Source: Phycisphaerales bacterium
Lineage (GTDB): Bacteria; Planctomycetota; Phycisphaerae; Phycisphaerales; UBA1924
Direction of reading: 5' to 3'
Assembly: GCA_965227775.1 (NCBI GenBank)
Contig: OZ245777.1
Coordinates: 672,001-736,000 of the forward strand
DNA length: 64,000 nucleotides
The stretch's first letter is position 1. The number at the start of each line of letters is the position of its first letter. Both the position numbers and the translations under genes were made by a program. Below the pieces are notes generated by a model. It searched no databases. It was not told where the DNA came from and saw nothing but the letters and a program-made list of their open reading frames with translations. Below, in pieces: positions 57,866-64,000 of the stretch.

Positions 57866-58132
57866 ATGGCGCGAGACGTGAAGACCATCCTGAGCCTTGA
57901 GGTGCCCGTGGTGGTCGTGCTGGCCGAGCGGACCATGACCGTGGGCGACGTGCTGGGCCTGCGTCCGGGCACGATCCTCGAGGTCGACAAGACCGCCGAG
58001 GAAGACCTCTCGCTGCGCGTCAACAACCGCGACGTCGGCTCGGGCACGGCCGTGAAGGTCGGCGAGAATTTTGGCCTGCGGATCGAATCGATCGGCAGCC
58101 AGGAGTCGCGCGTCGAGGCGCTGGGGGCCTGA
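57866..58132 (+). CDS. fliN: FliN/FliM C-terminal (SpoA) domain protein
   Basis: EVPVVVVL......GDVLGLRPG.ILE.DK.....L.L.VNN...G.G.AVKVGENFGLRI. Confidence 0.8.
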   Translation: MARDVKTILSLEVPVVVVLAERTMTVGDVLGLRPGTILEVDKTAEEDLSLRVNNRDVGSGTAVKVGENFGLRIESIGSQESRVEALGA

Positions 58133-58146
58133 TCGAAACCCTGGAA

Positions 58147-61100
58147 TCACCCACCCGGGATCGCACCGCCCGCCGGCAGCGGGCGCACGATGGTGAACTC
58201 GCCCGTGTTGATGTTCCAGCGGACGCTTGCGGCCGAGGCGGGCTGGGCGCTGCGCTTGTCGAACACGACGACGGGGGCCATCGGGTCGCCCGAGGCGATG
58301 ATGAGGCCGGTGCGGGCGTCGTAGTCGAGGCTGCGCGCCACCAGCTCGCGCTCGTCGGTCGCGGCGTACACGGCGCCCTCGGCCCGTGCGCTCCGCAGCG
58401 TGGTGGCCGAGCGCGAGCGGTCGAGACCCTCGAGCGTAATGGTGAGCTGCTCGCAGTCGAGATCGAGCTGCGGCGCGTCGGGCTCGCTGCGGTGGCTGAG
58501 GCGCACGCCGCGGTCGAGCACGAGCTGCTGGGAAGCGCGATCGAATGACATCGCGCCAAGCCAGTCGACGAGCGCCTGCCCCGACCCGCCGCGCGCCAGG
58601 TCGGTGAACGAGCCGCGGCCGCGTTCGGCCGTCGCACCATCATCCAACGGCATCGCGTCTGGCTGCTCGAGGATGATCGCGCGCCCCTGTCCGATGGCCT
58701 CGATGTTGCTCGTCGGCCCGTCGAGCTTCGCCTCGGGCACCATCAAGACGAGCGCCGACTTGAGTGTGCGGTCCTCGGGAGAGCTTCCCAGGAAGCGGCG
58801 CGACTCGATGATGACGACCGACCCCGGCATGGGCTCGGCCTCAGCCCGCGCCCAGAGCAGCTCGCGCTGGCCCTCGGCAAACTGCGGGTCGAGCGCCTCG
58901 CTCGCGTCGCCGTCCGCCGGCACGCTGAACGCAAGCTGGATGTTGGCGGCCGCGATGCGGTCTTCCTCGGTGCGTCCGTCGGTCAGGTTGATGCGCGCGT
59001 TGCCGTCGGCCTCGGCCTGGCCCTTCGCATCGTCGAACAGCATGAAGTTGTCCCAGCCGAGCGTGAGCGTGCTGGGGCGCGGGCGATCCTCGCGCTGCAG
59101 CTCGTGCGTCAGCGTACCGGGGCCGAAGACCTGGGCCTGCCCGCTCAGCGCGTCGAGACGGATCTGCGGGCCGGCGATCTCCGTACCAGCGCGCGAGGCG
59201 GTGGCGATAGCGCCATCGGCGGCCTCGATCTCGGCGTACTGATCATCGGGCCGGATGAACACGCGTTCGCCGCGTGCGGTGACGCGAGCGCCCTGAGCGT
59301 CCGTTGCGCGCAGATCGACGGCATTGGTCAGCTCGGCCTCTTCGACTTCCGTACGCAGCTTCGAACCGTCCATGGTCGCAGTGAGCTTTGCGTCGAGATT
59401 ACCAGCCGTAAACGTCGCGTCTTGTCCGCGTCCCTCGACGTTGCCGGTCGCGATCAGGCGATTGGGCAGCGAACGCGCAGCGGCTATGTCGAGCTCGAAC
59501 TGCAGCTCGATCCGATCGCCGCGCAGGCTCCCGGTGCGATCGCTGGTGGCCATCGCCGGCTCGTTGGGCTCGCGGGTCATGACCAGCCGGCGGATGAGCG
59601 GCTGGCTGGTATCCGCATCGAAAAACTCGGCGTCGATGGTCTCGGCGTTCAGGCGCGCATCCTGGGCCTGCCCATTGACCTTGCCGCGGAAGCTCGCGCT
59701 GCGGAGCGTCAGAGACTCCCGGCGATCATCGCGGGGCGGCACGCGGCGGAAATCCATGTCGGCGCGCTCGGCCCAGGCGATGCGTCCCTCTTGGTCCTCG
59801 CCCAGCGCGGTGAGCTGGCCCGGCCCGATCATCGCCGCCGTCTCCGACAGCAGATCGAGCTCCACGCGGATGCCCCGGGCTTCGCCCACGCCCGGCGCGG
59901 TCACGAACACGCTGTTGGCCGCCGGCCCAAGCAGGATGGCCCGCTGCGTCGTTGGGTAGTAATCGATGGTGGCCGCGTGGCCCCGTGCGCCCATTTCGGC
60001 GTCGGCGATCTGGACGAGCCCACGCTCGGGTGCGCTCAGGCGCAGCGCGATGTCATCGCTCGCGAGCTCGCGCGGCTCGCTGGCGAGTGGTCGTGCGACC
60101 AACGGGCCGCTCCACGTCAGCGTGATGGGCTCGCCGGGCGCGGCGCCCTCGGGCTGGTCCTGCTCGACGGCGGTCAGCAGCGCCGCCATGACGCGGGCCG
60201 TGGTGTCCAGGTGTCCGGCGGCCGTACGCGTGGTCAGCGGCGCGATGGCACCCTCGGGCAAGCCGTTGTCGATCAGCCGCACCCAGGCGTCGAGGGCATC
60301 GGCGTTGGTCGTCATGGTGCCGCGCGTGATCACGACATCGCCGCGGATCTGGAGCTGGTAGAACTGCTCGACGGACAGCGGCTCGGGACCGATCGGTTGC
60401 GGCGCGGGTGTCAATGGCGCCGCCTGGTCGGGCGTTGGTCGTTCCTGCTGGCCCGCCGGCCGCTGGGCTTGCGGGCGCTCGGGCTGGGCCGGCTCGGCCT
60501 GAGCCGGTTCGGGCGAAGAAGGGGGAGGCGTAAACGTCGCCGTGCCACCGCGCGGGCTCTCGAGCCGCTCGAGCTGGCTGGTCACCTGGTTGCCGCGGAT
60601 GTCCAGCCCGTTGACCTCAAACACGAGGTCTTCGGCAGAGCCAACGACGGTCTCCTGGGTGGAGACGGTGCCAAGCTCGACGTTGAAGTCGAGGGCGGGG
60701 GTCTTGAAGGTAGCCGCGGGCACGGCCGCATCGAGCACGGCCGGGCTGGTATCGACGCCCGGCTCGTACACGCGGATGACGACGTCGCCCGTGAGCGTGC
60801 CGCGCTCGGGCGGCTGGCTGCGCGCAGGCATGGCCAGGTCGCCCCGGTCGGCCATCACGTGCACCGTCTGACCGGCGGACTGGTAGATCCACATGCGCGG
60901 CTCGGTGGCGATGTAGCCGCGCGAGCCCTCGGGTGCCATCTGGCCGGCGATCATGCGGGCCTGTGTGCGACCGGGATCTTCGCGATCGACGAACGAGATG
61001 TCGACGTTGCGCGCAACCTGGTCGTTGGCGCCCAGTTGCACGCCATCCCCGGCCCCCACCGGCGGCAGGCCCTGGCCCTGCGGGCCTTGCTTGGGGCCGC

Positions 61101-61221
61101 CCGAGCCGCTGGCGAACACGTACACGAGCACGCCCACGCCGACGGCGGCGATGGCGACGGCCAGCAGGATGCGTCTTGGAGCGTTGCCGCGCCGGCTCGG
61201 GCCGGTGAAGGTGTCAGGCAT
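58147..61221 (-). CDS. large membrane-anchored beta-jellyroll protein, LptC/LptA(OstA)-like repeats
   Basis: N-terminal TM, repeated A.G.V / LTGDV.I beta motifs, directly downstream of kdsC as in kdsC-lptC-lptA loci. Confidence 0.6.
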   Translation of the reverse strand: MPDTFTGPSRRGNAPRRILLAVAIAAVGVGVLVYVFASGSGGPKQGPQGQGLPPVGAGDGVQLGANDQVARNVDISFVDREDPGRTQARMIAGQMAPEGSRGYIATEPRMWIYQSAGQTVHVMADRGDLAMPARSQPPERGTLTGDVVIRVYEPGVDTSPAVLDAAVPAATFKTPALDFNVELGTVSTQETVVGSAEDLVFEVNGLDIRGNQVTSQLERLESPRGGTATFTPPPSSPEPAQAEPAQPERPQAQRPAGQQERPTPDQAAPLTPAPQPIGPEPLSVEQFYQLQIRGDVVITRGTMTTNADALDAWVRLIDNGLPEGAIAPLTTRTAAGHLDTTARVMAALLTAVEQDQPEGAAPGEPITLTWSGPLVARPLASEPRELASDDIALRLSAPERGLVQIADAEMGARGHAATIDYYPTTQRAILLGPAANSVFVTAPGVGEARGIRVELDLLSETAAMIGPGQLTALGEDQEGRIAWAERADMDFRRVPPRDDRRESLTLRSASFRGKVNGQAQDARLNAETIDAEFFDADTSQPLIRRLVMTREPNEPAMATSDRTGSLRGDRIELQFELDIAAARSLPNRLIATGNVEGRGQDATFTAGNLDAKLTATMDGSKLRTEVEEAELTNAVDLRATDAQGARVTARGERVFIRPDDQYAEIEAADGAIATASRAGTEIAGPQIRLDALSGQAQVFGPGTLTHELQREDRPRPSTLTLGWDNFMLFDDAKGQAEADGNARINLTDGRTEEDRIAAANIQLAFSVPADGDASEALDPQFAEGQRELLWARAEAEPMPGSVVIIESRRFLGSSPEDRTLKSALVLMVPEAKLDGPTSNIEAIGQGRAIILEQPDAMPLDDGATAERGRGSFTDLARGGSGQALVDWLGAMSFDRASQQLVLDRGVRLSHRSEPDAPQLDLDCEQLTITLEGLDRSRSATTLRSARAEGAVYAATDERELVARSLDYDARTGLIIASGDPMAPVVVFDKRSAQPASAASVRWNINTGEFTIVRPLPAGGAIPGG

Positions 61222-61237
61222 CGCGAATCGTAGTGAG

Positions 61238-61807
61238 CTAAGCGTACAGGGCCATGACGTGATCGAGCTTGTCTTGGGCACGCAGGATGGCCCAGATGGC
61301 CTCACGAACCGCCCCGTGCCCGCCCTTGGCCTCGGTTGTCAGCACGCACAGGTCCTTGATGCCCTGATCGGCGTCGCCCACCGCGATGGGGCAGCCCACC
61401 GTGTGCATGGCCCGCAGATCCGACAGGTCGTCGCCCACGAACGCCACCTGATCGATGCTCAGCTTCAGCGACTTGGCCAGTTCGAGCACTGTGGTGCGTT
61501 TGTCGGCCACGCTGTCATAGAGGTGGGCGATGCCAAGGTCTCGCGCGCGGCGGCGCACCGCTCGGGCGGGGCGGGCCGTCACGATGGCGGTGGCGTAGCC
61601 GAGGCGGTGCCACGCGGTGATGCCCTGGCCGTCGTGCACGCAGAAGCGCCGCGTCTCGACGTTGTCCTCATTGAGGTAGAGCCCGCCATCGGTCAGCGTG
61701 CCATCGACGTCGAGGCACAGCAGCCGCACGCCCACGGCCTTCTCGACGAACGCCTTGGGCAGATCGACTGGCTGCTTGTTCGGGTCTTCGGTCCGGGGCT
61801 GGCTCAT
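61238..61807 (-). CDS. kdsC: 3-deoxy-D-manno-octulosonate 8-phosphate phosphatase (HAD)
   Basis: LDVDGTLTDG, F.VHDG.GI, FVGDD..D, GG.GAVRE. Confidence 0.92.
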   Translation of the reverse strand: MSQPRTEDPNKQPVDLPKAFVEKAVGVRLLCLDVDGTLTDGGLYLNEDNVETRRFCVHDGQGITAWHRLGYATAIVTARPARAVRRRARDLGIAHLYDSVADKRTTVLELAKSLKLSIDQVAFVGDDLSDLRAMHTVGCPIAVGDADQGIKDLCVLTTEAKGGHGAVREAIWAILRAQDKLDHVMALYA

Positions 61808-61939
61808 GCGAGGGGGTCGGTCCTTGATCGGGCGCGGGGCGGCTTTGGGCGTATGGTTACCGCCCGAGGCCAACGGTATGGTTGGCCGGCGGGCGGCAGG
61901 GCCTACGCGGGCCGGGAATTCGCGCGTTGGAGGGTCGAG

Positions 61940-63196
61940 ATGTCGTGGGTAAAGCTGGCCGAACGCGTCGATAGCCTCGAAGGATCAGCGACCGTGGCGG
62001 TGGCCACCCGGGCCAAGGCGCTCAAGGCCCAGGGCAAGGACATCGTCAGCTTCGGAGCGGGCGAGCCCGACTTCGACACGCCGGAGGTCATCAAACAGGC
62101 CGCCATCGAGGCGCTCAAGGCCGGCAAGACCAAGTACGAGGCCGCCGCCGGTCCCGAGCCCGCGCGACAGTCGATCGCGAAGAAGCTGCAGGCCGACAAC
62201 GGGCTCGACGTCGACGCGAAGGGCGTCGTCATCGTGTCTGGCGCCAAGGCCGCGTTCTTCCAGGCGTGCTTCGCGCTGCTGGGAGACATGGCGCCCGACG
62301 GCCAGCCCTGGGAGGTCATCGTCCCCACGCCCGCATGGGTGAGCTACGAGCCCATCGTCAAGATGTGCGGCGGCACCGTCGTCGAGGTTGACTTGAAGCC
62401 CGAGGACGGCTTCGTGCTCAGGCCCGAGGCGCTCCGCAAGGCCATCACGGCGCGCACGAGAATGGTGATCGTCAACACGCCGAGCAATCCGTGCGGCGCG
62501 GTCTACTCGCGCGACGCCCTCACCGAGCTGGCCGAAGTGATGGGCGACGCGGTTCGCGCGATCGCCCCCAATCTGGTTGTCGTCACCGATGAGATCTACG
62601 AGAAGCTCGTGTTCGATGGGCTCGAGCACGTGTCGATCGGTGCGATGTCGCCCGTCAAGGATCGCACGCTCACCATCAACGCGCTGAGCAAGAGCTACGC
62701 GATGACCGGCTGGCGTGTCGGCTACGCGGCGGCCACCGGGGATCTCGCCGCCGAGCTCATTCCGGCGATGGCGCGCATTCAGGCACAGACCATCACCAAC
62801 ATCACGTCGTTCCTGTATCCGGCGATCTCGACGGCCTTCGACGAATCAGCCGCCGACATCGAGCGGTTCCGCAGCACCTTCGAGGCGCGCCGAAACCTGG
62901 TGATGGACCTGCTCGGGAATGTCGAGGGCGTGGAGACTGCCCGGCCGCACGGCGCGATGTATGCCTTCCCCCGCGTCGCTGGGCACTACGGCAAGTCAAG
63001 CGCAAGTGGAGCCAAGGTGGCTGACTCCCTGAGCTTCTGCGAGGCTTTGCTGGAAGAGCAAGGCGTGGCGATGGTGCCCGGCGGCGCCTTCGGCGGGCGC
63101 GGCGACGAGCACGTGCGCATCAGCTACGCGTGCTCGGAGGACGACATCCGCAAGGGCATCGAGCGGCTCGGCACGTTCGTGCAAGGCATGCGCTAG
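61940..63196 (+). CDS. class I/II PLP aminotransferase (aspartate aminotransferase-like)
   Basis: GEPDFDTP, NTPSNPCG, DEIYE, SKSYAMTGWRVG, RISYA. Confidence 0.93.
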   Translation: MSWVKLAERVDSLEGSATVAVATRAKALKAQGKDIVSFGAGEPDFDTPEVIKQAAIEALKAGKTKYEAAAGPEPARQSIAKKLQADNGLDVDAKGVVIVSGAKAAFFQACFALLGDMAPDGQPWEVIVPTPAWVSYEPIVKMCGGTVVEVDLKPEDGFVLRPEALRKAITARTRMVIVNTPSNPCGAVYSRDALTELAEVMGDAVRAIAPNLVVVTDEIYEKLVFDGLEHVSIGAMSPVKDRTLTINALSKSYAMTGWRVGYAAATGDLAAELIPAMARIQAQTITNITSFLYPAISTAFDESAADIERFRSTFEARRNLVMDLLGNVEGVETARPHGAMYAFPRVAGHYGKSSASGAKVADSLSFCEALLEEQGVAMVPGGAFGGRGDEHVRISYACSEDDIRKGIERLGTFVQGMR

Positions 63197-64000
63197 CGCG
63201 AGATCTCTACGGCGATCTGGGCCGCCAGGTCCGCATTTGCGCGCACCAAGGCAAGGTTGGCCGCGAGCGTCTTTCCGCCGGAGATGCGGTGCAGCGTGTC
63301 GAGCATGGCGGGCGTGGCCGCGCGGCCCTGGACGGCTGGCGTCGCGGCCTGCGCTTCTTCGAGCCAGTGGTGCCACACGTGTGGCTCGATGGCGTGGTCG
63401 GCGGGCACAGGCTGCACAACGAGCGCCCCGCGGCCGGTGGACGCCAGGTGTTGGCGTACGAACCCGGCGATGTCGACCGGATCATCGAAGGTGGCGTCGA
63501 CGCCCGACTCGCTGTCGGTGAGGTAGAACGCGGGGAACGTCTCAGTCCTGTAGCCAATGACCGGAACGGCGAGAGTCTCGAGCAACTCGCGCGTGGACAC
63601 AACGTCGAGGATGGCCTTCACGCCGCTGGAGACGACCGCCACCGGGTGCTGCACGAGCGAGGTAAGGTCGGCGCTGATATCCAGCCGCTGATCCATGTTG
63701 GCGTGCACGCCGCCGAGTCCGCCGGTGGCCATGACGCGGATGCCTGCACTCGCCGCGATCGCGACGGTGGCGCTGACGGTCGTCGCGGCGGTCGCGCGTT
63801 GGTAGATCAGCGGGCCGAGGTTCGCGGTGTTGGCCTTCTCGATCTTGGGGCGGCCAAGGAACTTGCCGAGTTCGCCTTCGGTCATCCCGACGATCGGCAC
63901 GCCGTCGAGCACGCCGATGGTTGCCGGCCGGGCTTGGTGCGAGCGCACGATGGCGTCGAGTTCCCTGGCCAGCGGCAGGCCCTCGCCGGCGGGCAGGCCG
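63193..64000 (-). CDS. psuG: pseudouridine-5'-phosphate glycosidase (N-terminus outside the window)
   Basis: PATIGV, ATTVSAT, ATGGLGGVH, DISADL, SGVKAILD, FPAFY. Confidence 0.92.
   Translation of the reverse strand, partial: GLPAGEGLPLARELDAIVRSHQARPATIGVLDGVPIVGMTEGELGKFLGRPKIEKANTANLGPLIYQRATAATTVSATVAIAASAGIRVMATGGLGGVHANMDQRLDISADLTSLVQHPVAVVSSGVKAILDVVSTRELLETLAVPVIGYRTETFPAFYLTDSESGVDATFDDPVDIAGFVRQHLASTGRGALVVQPVPADHAIEPHVWHHWLEEAQAATPAVQGRAATPAMLDTLHRISGGKTLAANLALVRANADLAAQIAVEISR

Noticed and set aside
38535..61233. Long antisense or alternative-frame ORFs (e.g. 38535..40064, 39134..40585, 59104..61233)
   Set aside because: Shadow ORFs expected in high-GC DNA opposite well-supported genes; no protein motifs.

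Overview
GC-rich bacterial chromosomal segment, most likely a Phycisphaerales planctomycete (inferred from two proteins with paired EF-hand-like 'GC-type dockerin' tails ending in GC[S/E] and a GFTLVELLVV...H-x-DG prepilin-like protein). It is mostly housekeeping: dnaB, pdxH, rlmN, dps, xth, ileS, orphan nuoC, xerC-like, glsA, trpG/pabA, acpP-fabF, kdsC with a large LptA/OstA-like protein, an aspartate aminotransferase, psuG, tRNA-Val(TAC) and tRNA-Lys(CTT). Two loci stand out. (1) 22.6-29.0 kb, next to the tRNA-Lys 3' end: an RpiR regulator divergent from a tightly coupled operon of a divergent KamA-family radical-SAM 2,3-aminomutase, PcaIJ-type 3-oxoacid CoA-transferase and a beta-transaminase-like class III aminotransferase, closed by a convergent PcaF-type thiolase. 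It reads as a complete route alpha-amino acid -> beta-amino acid -> beta-keto acid -> beta-ketoacyl-CoA -> acetyl-CoA + acyl-CoA, probably for an acidic substrate (2-aminoadipate or glutamate) rather than lysine. I know of no description of this route. (2) 48.6-54.2 kb: a MacAB-like ABC operon with Cys-bearing periplasmic components. It is preceded by a secreted Cys-rich leader ORF ending in RPP, whose last codons can base-pair with the Shine-Dalgarno of the first transporter gene; this is a candidate metal-sensing ribosome-arrest switch. Also noted: many probable leaderless genes, a sigma28-like motif set, two different nitrate-sensor folds, and an SSB-like acidic tail on DnaB. All assignments come from motifs read by eye; no searches were run.
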